Shown here: one piece after another, positions 13,370 through 24,164 of the stretch
How the letters are laid out: every line of letters starts with the position of its first letter
Numbering within the stretch: the first letter of the stretch is position 1
Assembly: GCF_963921235.1 (NCBI RefSeq)
Contig: NC_086097.1
Coordinates: 167,340,001-167,404,000, forward strand
Reading direction: 5' to 3'
DNA from: Mobula hypostoma
Taxonomy: Eukaryota
DNA: 64,000 nucleotides
The notes under the pieces: model-generated
Database searches by the model: none
What the model was told of the DNA's origin: nothing
Seen by the model: the letters and a program-made list of their open reading frames with translations, nothing else
Position numbers and translations under genes: made by a program

Positions 13370-14301
13370 TTTAAAGCCTCCCCAGTAGCACTAACAAACC
13401 TCCCTGAAAGGATATTGGTCCCCCTGTAGTTCAAGTGTAATCCGTCTCTCTTGTACAGGTCCCACCTGCCCCAAAAGAGGTCCCAATGATCCTGAAATCT
13501 GAAACCCTGCCCCCTACACCAGTTCCTCAGCCACTTGTTCATCCTCCAGAGCATCCTATTCCTACCCTCACTGGCATGTAGCACAGGTAGCAATCCTGAG
13601 ATTACCACCCTCGAGGTCCTGCTTTTCAACTTCCTACCAAGCTCTCTATACTCACTCTCCAGGACCTCCTCACTCTTCCTTGCTATGTCATTGGTACCGA
13701 TGTGCACCACGACATCTGGCTGATCACCCTCCCACTTCAGAATGTCATGCAATCGATCAGAGACATCCTTGACCCTGGCACCCAGGAGGCAACAAACCAT
13801 CCTGGATTCTCTGTCACGACCACAGAACCTCCTATCTGCACCTCTAACTATCGAATCCCCTATCACTACCACTCTCCTCTTTTTCCCCCCTCCCTTCTGC
13901 ACTGCAGAGCCAGACCCAGTGCCAGAGATCCGGCTATTGCAGCTTGTCCCAGGTAAGTCATCCCCCCCAACAGTATCCAATGCGGTATGCTTGTTGTTGA
14001 GGGGAATGGCCACAGGGGAACCCTGCTCTGCCTGCCCTTTCCTCTTCCCTCGCCTGACAGTGACCCAATTTCCTGTCCTCTGCTCCTTTGGCGTAACTAC
14101 CTCCCTGTAGCTACGATCTATAATCTCCTCATTCTCCCGAATGATCCGCAGGTCATCCAGCTCCTGCTCCAGTTCCCTAACGCGGTTTGTCAGGAGTTGC
14201 AGCTGGATGCACTTCTTGCAGGTGTCGTTGTCAGGGACACCGGAGGGCTCCCTGACTTCCCACATCCTGCAAGAGGAGCATTCCAACATCCTGCCTGGCA
14301 T
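13366..14301 (-). CDS. CR1 ORF1p: CxxC..CxxC zinc finger, coiled coil, SGNH/GDSL esterase (311 aa from first ATG)
   Basis: Uninterrupted ORF with CSSC..CKKC, heptad region, and blocks IGDS, GARV, HIGTND, DGLHLN. Confidence 0.92.
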   Translation of the reverse strand: MPGRMLECSSCRMWEVREPSGVPDNDTCKKCIQLQLLTNRVRELEQELDDLRIIRENEEIIDRSYREVVTPKEQRTGNWVTVRRGKRKGQAEQGSPVAIPLNNKHTALDTVGGDDLPGTSCNSRISGTGSGSAVQKGGGKKRRVVVIGDSIVRGADRRFCGRDRESRMVCCLLGARVKDVSDRLHDILKWEGDQPDVVVHIGTNDIARKSEEVLESEYRELGRKLKSRTSRVVISGLLPVLHASEGRNRMLWRMNKWLRNWCRGQGFRFQDHWDLFWGRWDLYKRDGLHLNYRGTNILSGRFVSATGEALN

Positions 14302-14379
14302 TCTCACTGAACTAAACAATCTGAACAAAAAACTTACTGGAACCTACCCTGGCCTCTGCCTGTTCTCGCCGAAGCCTGT

Positions 14380-14530
14380 TTGAGCTAAAGCCGCCCCATT
14401 CTGACTCAGTCCACTCCGACGATGGCCGCTAACAATGGCCGCTGTATACGGAGGTCTGCTCTTAAACCTTGGCGCGCTACGTCACGCGCCTGCGCAGTGC
14501 AGACCCTTCTCCCCGAACAGTGTTTAAAAA
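14380..14530 (-). promoter_or_regulatory. Putative CR1 internal Pol II promoter
   Basis: CpG-dense; NRF1-like GCGCCTGCGCA (14486-14496), CRE-like TACGTCA (14478-14484), YY1-like RATGGCCGC (14421, 14434), TGACTCA (14402). Confidence 0.5.
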
Positions 14531-14876
14531 AAAATGACTTTTTCTACCCGATTTCTTCCACTCTCTTCTTCTCAGCTGCTTACTTCAACTGAAACTTGGA
14601 CCAGGAATGTTGCACCTCATTGGAACATACATGAAATGGTGTGGAAAGCAATAACTTTTAAAGGGGCTGTACATTCAGAATATGAATTATCATCTTTACA
14701 TAATGGCTCTGAAACTATGCAGTTGTACACTGTGAATGATCAATATGTCTGTATTAATGCTTTGCTTTCAGGCAACGGTGTTTCAACTCTGCACTACATT
14801 TATCACTTGCCCACTTTTAAACGGTTAGCTACAAGATAGCCTGGTGCCAGGAAATTAAATGTGGATGACATATTTA

Positions 14877-15152
14877 GGACAGCACGGTAATGTAGTGGTT
14901 AGCACAATGCTTTACACTACAGGCAACCCGGGTTCATTTCCTGCCACGGTCTGTAAGGAGTTTGTGCGTTCTTCCCGTGACCACTTTGGTTTCCTCCAGG
15001 TGCTTCGGTTTCCTCCCACAGTCCAAAAACGTACTGGTTGGTAGGTGAATTGGTCATTGTAAATTATACCGTGATTAGGCTAGGATTAAATTGGTGGATT
15101 GCTGGGCAGCATGGCTCAAAGGGACAGAAGGGCCCATTCCACACTGTATCTC
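14877..15152 (+). mobile_element. tRNA-derived V-SINE (HE1-like)
   Basis: A-box-like TAATGTAGTGG, B-box-like GGTTCATTTCC, V-domain GGTTTCCTCCAGGTGCTTCGGTTTCCTCCCACAGTCCAAA, CR1-like tail. Confidence 0.8.
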
Positions 15153-15510
15153 GGGCAGGTGGGGCTTGTCAGCCTTGGATGGCAGCCCACTTAGGGGAAG
15201 GAAAACTCTGATTTTAAACCTCCCATGCCTTGCGGCCATACCGACCCATAGGAATGGCCTCGGGAGCAAACCCTGAGGAAGAAATCCAGAGCCAGGGTCC
15301 CTAAGGCAGTTTGATGTTGTTTACAACTCCACTCTGGCAACCCCGCGACACACTGGTGTCAAGCTTGCCCTTCCCTTGGACTACATCCGTGTCGTGGAGA
15401 GGGGGAGCCCGCTGCACGGGCAAGAGCCAGTACTTCAAATCTTCTTGCCCAGGATTGCGCCCTGGAGAGGACACAGTCCACCAGAGGCACAAACCCATGA
15501 TCCCCAGGGA
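15153..15510 (+). repeat. GC-rich repeat resembling an RTE-clade 5' UTR
   Basis: Contains TAGGGGAAGGAAAACTCTGATTTTAAACC, recalled as similar to RTE leader motifs; no ORF follows. Confidence 0.35.
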
Positions 15511-17315
15511 TCCCTACAGACAGAAACAGGTGAATTGATTATGGGGAGCAAGGACATGGCAGACCAATTGAATAATTACTTTGGTTCTGTCTTCACTAAG
15601 GAGGACATAAATAATCTTCCAGAAATAGTAGGGGACAGAGGGTTCGGTGAGATGGAGGAACTGAGTGAAATACTTGTTAGTAGGGAAGTGGTGTTAGGTA
15701 AATTGAAGGGATTGAAGGCAGATAAAGCCCCAGGGCCAGATGGTCTGCATTCTAGAGTGCTTAAGGAAGTAGCCCAAGAAATAGTGGATGCATTAGTGTA
15801 ATTTTTCAAAACTCGTTAGATTCTGGACTAATTCCTGAGGATTGGAGGGTGGCCAATGTAACCCCACTTTTTAAAAAAGGAGGGAGAGAGAAACCGGGGA
15901 ATTATAGACCGGTTAGCCTAACGTCGGTGGTGGGGAAACTGCTGGAGTCAGTTATCAAAGATGTGATAACAGCACATTTGGAAAGCGGTGAAATCATCGG
16001 ACAAAGTCAACATGGATTTGTGAAAGGAAAATCATGTCTGACGAATCTCATTGAATTTTTTGAGGATGTAACTAGTAAAGTGGATAGGGGAGAACCAGTG
16101 GATGTGGTATATTTGGATTTTCAAAAGGCTTTTGACAAGGTCCCACACAGGAGATTAGTGTGCAAACTTAAAGCACATGGTATTGGGGGTAAGGTATTGA
16201 TGTGGATGGAGAGTTGGTTAGCAGACAAGAAGCAAAGAGTGGGAATAAACGGGACCTTTTCAGAATGGCAGGCGGTGACTAGTGGGGTACCGCAAGGCTC
16301 AGTGCTGGGACCCCAGTTGTTTACAATATATATTAATGACTTGGATGAGGGAATTAAATGCAGCATCTCCAAGTTTGCGGATGACACGAAGCTGGGTGGC
16401 AGTGTTAGCTGTGAGGAGGATGCTAAGAGGATGCAGAGTGACTTGGATAGGTTGGGTGAGTGGGCAAATTCATGGCAGATGCAATTTAATGTGGATAAAT
16501 GTGAAGTTATCCACTTTGGTGGCAAAAATAGGAAAACAGATTATTATCTGAATGGTGGCTGATTAGGAAAAGGGGAGGTGCAACGAGACCTGGGTGTCAT
16601 TATACACCAGTCATTGAAAGTGGGCATGCAGGTACAGCAGGCGGTGAAAAAGGCGAATGGTATGCTGGCATTTATAGCGAGAGGATTCGAGTACAGGAGC
16701 AGGGAGGTACTACTGCAGTTGTACAAGGCCTTGGTGAGACCACACCTGGAGTATTGTGTGCAGTTTTGGTCCCCTAATCTGAGGAAAGACATCGTTGCCA
16801 TAGAGGGAGTACAAAGAAGGTTCACCAGATTGATTCCTGGGATGGCAGGACTTTCATATGAAGAAAGACTGGATGAACTGGGCTTGTACTCGTTGGAATT
16901 TAGAAGATTGAGGGGGGATCTGATTGAAACGTATAAAATCCTAAAGGGATTGGACAGGCTAGATGCCGGAAGATTGTTCCCGATGTTGGAGAAGTCCAGA
17001 ACAAGGGGTCACAGTTTGAGGATAAAGGGGAAGCCTTTTAGGACCAAGATTAGGAAAAACTTCTTCACTCAGAGAGTGGTGAATCTGTGGAATTCTCTGC
17101 CACAGGAAGCAGTTGAGGCCAGTTCATTGGCTATATTTAAGAGGGAGTTAGATATGGCCCTTGTGGCTATGGGGATCAGGGGGTATGGAGGGAAGGCTGG
17201 GGTGGGGTTCTGAGTTGGATGATCAGCCATGATCATAATAAATGGCGGTGCAGGCTCAAAGGGCCGAATGGCCTACTCCTGCACCTATTTTCTATGTTTC
17301 TATGTTTCTATGTTT
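15511..17315 (+). mobile_element. 5'-truncated young CR1 LINE
   Basis: RT ORFs 15849-16562 and 16578-17213 share a frame split by one TGA; frameshift near 15800; (TTTCTATG)3 tail at ~17290-17315. Confidence 0.95.
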
Positions 17316-17319
17316 CGGA

Positions 17320-18323
17320 TTGCTGAGTGCTTTAAGGGTTGGTGTCCCGGTGAAGTGAGTGCTTTAAGGGCTGGTATTTCCCTACTTATGACTTATTTAA
17401 TCCTAAGGTCTTGACTCTGACAGTGATTTCCCGGCTGACAAGGAAGGGAAAGGAATGTTGGTATAGATGGTATGCTAAGCACAGGTCCAATCAGTCAGTG
17501 GGACACAGTGAGTGTAAGAAAGGATGGTCTCCTGGAACAACAGTGTCTATGTTGAATGGTGCTGTAAAGGTGGGTAGTCCCTGGACACTACAGAAACTTA
17601 CTGGATATGCATCTCCCGGGCCTACTCGTGGATATGCAGCTCCCGGGCCTACTCGTGGATATGCAGCTCCCGGGCCTACTCGTGGATATGCAGCTCCCGG
17701 CCCTACTTGTGACTCCCAGCGGGGTGGTAAATACACCACCTCAGTGCCCTGGATGAGCTTCCTGCCCATGATATTTGGCATAGTAAGAGGCCTATGACAG
17801 AGGCAGAAAGGTTTTGGATAATACCCTTTCCCCTGTGTGGTATGGCCAGACTGCCCCAGGAACTGATACACATGATCTCTGCAATGGAGGCACTGGCTAA
17901 CGAGATGGCCGTAGCTCTCAAACACATGAAGGATGCACTAGTCTGAATATCAACTGAAATGATGGCTAGCTGAATGGCTGCCTTACAGAATCAGATGGCT
18001 TGCTCACAAAAAGGTGTCACTTGTGGTGTTATCAGTCAAGAATGCCTCACTACATTCCTGTCGAATTGGGGAACGTCACTCACCTGCCTGATTACATCTG
18101 ACAGTCGATGGATAAGATTATTGAAGTGGGGAACCAGTTCTATTGCTGTTACACTCTGGAGAGAAGCTGGTGGCTTTTTGGGGCACCAGGAAGTAGGTGA
18201 ATTACTGTAATACACTGGGTAATGAATATTGGGCTTATTGTACTGGGTGTTGTAATCTACTGAATGTTTACCAGCATTAAGAAGCTCAAGCCTCATAGAT
18301 ATTGCTGCTTGAAGGGAAAATAA
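17320..18323 (+). pseudogene. env: Decayed retroviral env (gamma/epsilon-type SU-TM)
   Basis: Frame from 17761: HSKR, PMTEAERFWIIPFPLCGMARL, heptad region, ALQNQMA, KGVTCGVISQECL, then shifted YIP...SWWLFG...IGLIVLGVVIY; AYL*LPAGW upstream. Confidence 0.8.
17602..17709 (+). repeat. 27-bp tandem repeat, 4 copies (TGGATATGCAGCTCCCGGGCCTACTCG)
   Basis: Read directly; copies differ by 0-2 bases. Confidence 0.95.
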
Positions 18324-18326
18324 GAG

Positions 18327-18682
18327 TGTATGGAGATAGATGTCTTTCTACTGTGTGTATCGCAAGTCAAAATTCAAATTAATCTGCGCAGGAGATGATG
18401 TTTATACAAAACCAACTGCATGTACAAAATGAACAGCACCTCTAGAGGCAGAACTGTAGTTGTGTAACTCGGGGGGAATTAACCAAGTGCCTGTTTGAGT
18501 TAGACGTGTTATTGAATGTTTAGTGTCGTCGTTTTGTAACTTGAGGGGCTTAGATCAGTACTTGTTTGACTCAGATGTTAGGTTGAGTGTTGCACTGTTT
18601 GTAAATGAATAGTTGACGTGTTTACTCGTAATCAATGTCTCCTGTCCCACTTACCGAATCCATGAACCCACTTCGGCTAATG
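18327..18682 (+). mobile_element. Probable 3' LTR of the env-bearing element
   Basis: Follows env and the purine tract GAAGGGAAAATAAGAG, starts TGTA, non-coding; no partner LTR in window. Confidence 0.5.
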
Positions 18683-20356
18683 TCTGTCGCCATGGATTTA
18701 CGGGATGGAGTCAACTGAGGTTGTAGGCAGGTGGATGACCAGGCGAAGTGAGGTTCCTGAATACAGAGCCAGGCTTAAGCCTAGATGAGAGGAGTGCGAG
18801 GTGAGTCAATTCAGGAGGAATTGGATGGACTGAGGGTACTCTCCAATGTTGATGTGCATAGGCCATGTGTACATTCTGACCATCAACGACCCCAAAGACT
18901 GTCCATCAGCGGCCGTGGTGCTGATGGGGTGAGAGGTAGTTTCGATAGGGAGTCTAGGCTGCACAGAGTCCAGTTCATAAAGATTCTACTGTGCTGGAAT
19001 CCATAGAGTCACTGGGGTATGGAGGAGGACAGGGAGAGTGAGTCCGGCTATGGTGCTAGAATGAGTGGCTGGGGGGGGGAGTTTACCAGATAGAAGGGTC
19101 CTCATCTCTACCTGGTGGTGTCATTTTCCCGGACACAGTGGGCACTTGATGCACGGCTGATTGGCAGCTCTGCAGTAGGTGCAGAAGTTGTTTCTCCACC
19201 GACACTCAACGGTGCTGCCGTTTCCTGTTTCCTGTCCCAGTGTACCTTACACTTTGCTCACACTCTTTGGGGGTTAGGGGAGCTCTCCCTAACTGCATGG
19301 GTTCAGGAGATGTTGATGATGTGAGGGTCCTGCAGCCTGAAATGGTTCTGGGAACAGAACTGGGATGATCTGGAGGATAGTTCCAAAGGATACTTGCCAA
19401 TTCAGAGAGCCAGCGTGATGAGGTTTTTGAAGTCGGTGGGCATCTCCCAGACAGTCAGCTCATCGTTCGAGCACTTTGAGAGGCCATGGCGGTGATGGGC
19501 CAGCAGTGCTTTCTGTATTCTAGCTGCACTCTGCTGCAAGGGTCTTGAATTCTATGGTGTAATCGAGCACCAAGCGTGAGCCTTGATGCAGCTGAAGTAT
19601 CCAATCGTCTGCCCCTCTTCCTCTTCCTGGATAGTCGAAAACCTGGTGCATCTCAGCAGTGAATTCCTCATATTTATTGCAAATGGTGGTTTTATTGTCC
19701 CAGTTAGCAGCAGTCCACTCAGGAGAGAAATGATGAGGGCAATCTTAGTTGTTCTGTAGAATACAGAGGTGGATGAAGCTCAAAGGGTGAGACCCACTGG
19801 GACAGGAAGTTGCAGCATCAGGCTTTGGGCCCATTGAAACATTCAGGCACCAGAGTCCAGGGCTCTGAGGGAGGACATCGACTGGTGCGGGGTTGCTGTA
19901 TGGATAGCTGGTTGTGAGTGGCAAGCAGATGCTCAATGGTTTCCTGCTGTTTCAGGATCATGTGCTCCTGTCAATGGACAGCTTCTTTTAGGCAAGCATA
20001 CTCTGCTGGGTCAGTGTTAGTTCACCCATCTTATCAAGAATTATGGAGGCGGCTTGACCAAAGGTAGTGCAGTGGAGATGATTTAGCAGTAAATGATATT
20101 TTGATAATAAACTGCAAAGTAACAAGCCACTAGGGGCCACGAAACGAGAGAGAATAGATAGATAATATGACAAGGCAACAAGGTAACTGAAGTCTAGGAG
20201 CAACTAGTTGAGGTTGGCTGGTTCAATGGGTAAACAAAGGACTGTGGAAGTGAGCTGGGTTTAAATAGACCGCAGGTTATGAGTTGGAAATGAGTGGCAG
20301 GTGATTCCTGTCAGCGGAATGAAAACTGGGAGGTGCCTGCCCCTGCAGGCCTGATA
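18683..20356 (-). mobile_element. Ty3/Gypsy 5' half: LTR (~20032-20356), gag, protease remnant
   Basis: Minus translation YEEFTAEMHQVFDYP..ILQLHQGSRLVLDYTIEFKTLAAEC; LTR aligns by eye to the 8125 LTR (shared CAGGAATCACCTGCCACTCATTTCCAACTCAT). Confidence 0.85.
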
Positions 20357-20419
20357 TGTTGAATGCTTCTGGCATTTCAGCATTACCTCAGATTCACGTT
20401 TGCTCTGTGTTGTAAATGA

Positions 20420-21897
20420 GTCATTAGTAATGTTTTTTCAAGAATCAATGGATTCTGGCATGGTTCCGGAGGATTGGAAAATTGCAAATGTCACTCCACT
20501 CTTCAAGAAGGGAGAGAGGTAGAAGGAAGGAAATTATAGGCCAGTTAGTCTGACCTCAGTGGTTGGGAAGATGTTGGAGTCGATTATTAAGGATGTAGTT
20601 TCGGGCTACTTGAAGGCACATGATAAAATAGATCAAAGTCCGCATGGTTTCCTTAAGGGAAAATCTTGCCTGGCAAATTTGTTGGAATTATTAATTGAAC
20701 AAATAACAAGCGAGATAGACAAAGGAAAATCGGTGGATGTTGTTTACATGGATTTTCAGAAGGCCCATGACAAGGTGCCGCACATGAGGCTATTAAACAA
20801 GGTAAGAGCCCATGGTATTACAGGAAAGATACTAGCATGGATAGGGCACTGGCCGATTGGCAGGAGGCAAAGAGTGGGAATAAAGGGAATCTTTTCTGTT
20901 TGGCTGCCAGTGACTAATAGTGTTCCACAGGGCTCTGTGTTGGAACAGCTTCTTCTCATGTTATATGTCAATTATTTGGATGATGGAATTGATGACTTTG
21001 TGGTCAAATTTGCAAAAGATATGAAGATAAATGGAGGAGCAGGTAACATAGAGGAAGCAAATAGGCTACAGAAGGACTTAGATAGATTAGGAGAATGGGC
21101 AAAGAAGTGGCAGATGCAATGCAGTGTCAGGAAGTGTATGGCCATGCACATATTAAACTATTTTCTAAATTGTGAGAAAATTCAAAAATCTAAGGCACAA
21201 AGGGATGTGGGACTCCTCATACAGGGTTCCTTAAAGGTTAATTTGCAGGGTGAGTCGGTGGTAAAGAAGGCAAATGTGATGTTAGCATTCATTTTGAGAG
21301 CACTAGAATATAAAAGCAAGGATGTGATGTTGAGGCTTTATGAGGTCTCACTTGGAGTATGGTGAGCAGTTTTGAGCCCCTTATCTAAGAAAGGACGTGC
21401 TGACATTGGAGAAGGCTCAGAGCAGGTTCACAAAGATTACTCCAGGACTGAAAGGCTTGTCATATGAGGAGGGTTTGATGGCTCTGTGCCGGTACTCACT
21501 GGAATTCAGAAGAATGGCGGGTATCTCATTGAAACCTGTTGAATGCTGAAAGGTTTCAATAGAATGGATGTGGAGAGGATGTTTCCTACAGTAGGGGAGT
21601 CTGAGACCAGAGGACACAGCCTCAGAGTAGAGGGGTGTCCATTTAGAATGGAGATGAGGAGGAATTTCTTTAGCTGGAGAGTGGTGAATCTGTGGAACTC
21701 ATAGCCACAGGTGGCTGTGAAGGCCAAGTCACTGGGTACATTTAAAGCAGTTATTGATATCTTCTTGATTAGTCAGGGCAAGAGGGGATATAGGGAGAAT
21801 GTAGGAGATTGGGGCTGAGAGGGAAATGGATCAGCAATGATGAAATGACTGAGTTGATTCGATAGGGCTAATACTGCTCCCATTTCTTGTTGTCTTG
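20420..21897 (+). mobile_element. 5'-truncated CR1 LINE, same family as 2146-3599
   Basis: ORF 20559-21365 with HGFLKGKSCL, DFQKAHDKVPH, VPQGSVL; CR1 3' UTR. Confidence 0.9.
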
Positions 21898-24164
21898 GTC
21901 AGTTACGTTCCCAATCAGTTTTTGATGTGGCTCTCATAGGAGATGCTTGTTATCACAGATCTAATTTATTTACATCAGATCTTGCTGTACTCATCCACAA
22001 CCCTGATGACTGAAATCATTTCCCATTTTCATCACAAAGCTGAAAAAATATAAATCCAGTTTTAATCCTGCGATAACAAACCAAACGGAAAGATCACCAG
22101 TCCCAATTACTGACTTAGTTTCTGAGCAGTCGGAGTGATGTATCACAATTGGCCATCTTGTATTATTAATTAAGGATAGTGCAAGAGTGTTATTTGGAAA
22201 CTGTGTTACGGTGCAGACGCTTCTAAAATGGAATTGTCAATAAAAGAGGGGATTTGGCATCCATTTTTCTAGGATTTATTTTGTTCTCTCGAGCTAGCCG
22301 AGTTGATTGTGTGCTAAGGAGCTAGCAATATCTTGATCAGACTTTATTAATTTTTTATCCAGCATATGCAGATTCAGCAGCAAGTGTATTCTTATCACCA
22401 TTATTTTTAACATATCTCACTGAGGTTGTGAGCATCACTAAGGAGCTTGGCATTTACTGGACTTTCATGATTGTCCTTGGGAAGGTGGTGGCGACAGCCC
22501 CCTTCAGTCGCTGCAATCCATGTTGTGAGATCACTCCCATGATATTGTCAGGTAAGGAGTTGTAAGGTGATGATGCAGAGATAACCAAGTCAGGAGGAAA
22601 TGAAAATTAAGACAGAACCTCAGTATTAGCTGCTGTCCCTGTACTGCCCCTATTCGTGTGGTTCCAGGTAGTTGAAATTAGGAGACTGATGTGTCCAGTG
22701 GAAGAAATCGTAATGAGTTACTGAGTGCAGCTTACATATGATCCAATCGCAGCTTCAGCGTGCTGATGGTGCAGGGAATGAATCAATACCTAAAGCGATG
22801 AATGGGGTGACAATCAAGTGAATTGTTATGCCCAAGATGGAAAGGCTGATTTAGGGTGTAGAGTTATCATTTTTCTTGTAGTTTAACTTTCCAATGCTTG
22901 CTTATATTTTTATATAATCACCTACGTATATACTGTACAGATAATTGTTCAATATTTGTAGTATAATTGATTTTGCATTTTCTAGAAGCTACTTAGTTTT
23001 TCTGCAGCAGGTGTCAGACCACTTGAATGTGGCTATTTCATACATTACATCTTATCAACCTGCTTTATGTCTAATCTGAGTATGAGATGGACATGTCTTC
23101 TTTGTCTTTGTTCATTCTTTGTTCTTTTAACGCTTAATAAAACAGCTGTAACTACCAAGTTCTATGCCTTATTCTTTACTGTAGTTGAACCTCTGCATCA
23201 AAATCACTAGATCGACATTACTGGGTTTAGAGAATGTTGTTGGAACTGTATTTATTTGGGTGGGTAAACTAATTCTATGTCTCTTAATCCACTAAACACC
23301 TATCAATCAATGACTTGAATATACTCTGCTGCAGAGCCCTATAAATTTAGAAACTCTTGCTTATACTCAGAAACTTGCTAGAAATGCCAACTTGCTATTT
23401 GCTTCCTTATTGTTTGTTGTAGCAGCATATTTACTTTTAGAGATTTGTGCCCAATGAAAATCAACAACTTCCATCCTCTCAGTTTTGTACTTTTCTAACT
23501 TTCTACAGTATTTTTCTAAGTGTATGACCTCACATTTTTCCATCTGCCACGGCCTTGTCCTTACACTTAGCCTATCTATAATCCCACTGAAGCCTCTCTT
23601 CACTCTCCTCACAGGCGACACTGCCATCTGCCTGCATCTCATCACACTAAGCACTCTTTTAGCTTGTGTGGTGTCAATGATGGAAGGACTTTGGGAAGTC
23701 AGGAGGGAAATCGTTCTCTGCAGGATTCTCAGTGTCTTATGGAACTGCGGTACTTGTTGCTCAGCTAGGTCTCAGAATAATTCCAGTTTAGGGAATGTTG
23801 TTTGTTACAGGAAGAATCTAGAAATGGTAAGTGGTTATTATTTATAAGCAAAATACTGCAGATCCTGGAAATCTGAAATAAAACCAAAACTAACCTATTC
23901 CTCTCTCCACAGATGCTATCTGCCCTACTGAGCATTTCCAGTATTTTCATTTGTATTTGGGGCATAATTTATTTGGTTGGAGACAGCCATTTCATTGACT
24001 TTTTTTAATGATTTGAATAGTCAATGCCTGAATATTATTTAGGTCTTGCTGGTGCTGGCGGTGAACTCTTGCATAATCAGCAAGTGCTAAACAGAACTGA
24101 ACATTGTGCTATGTTCAGCAAACACCCAACCCCTCTACCTCTGATCATGGACGGGAGATTATTT

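Larger units (their letters stand above)
10361..14540 (-). mobile_element. Near full-length, relatively young CR1 LINE
   Basis: CpG-rich 5' UTR, ORF1, ORF2 (APE + RT), 3' UTR and (TTTCTATGG)n tail at ~10361-10380. 5' boundary approximate; no TSD seen. Confidence 0.95.

Noticed and set aside
11048..14383. Many plus-strand ORFs overlapping the CR1
   Set aside because: Antisense shadows of the coding strand with no domain signal.
17602..17709. Possible CRISPR-like array (also considered for 30958-31490)
   Set aside because: Head-to-tail repeats with no unique spacers, no cas genes, eukaryotic context.
17411..17925. ORFs with GYAAPGPTR or VGPGAAYPR repeats resembling elastin- or galectin-3-like repeats
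   Set aside because: Produced by the 27-bp DNA repeat inside the env relic.
23485..23847. 120-aa ORF ending near a G|GTAAGT donor
   Set aside because: Its 5' part is antisense CR1-like debris and there is no recognisable domain or partner exon.
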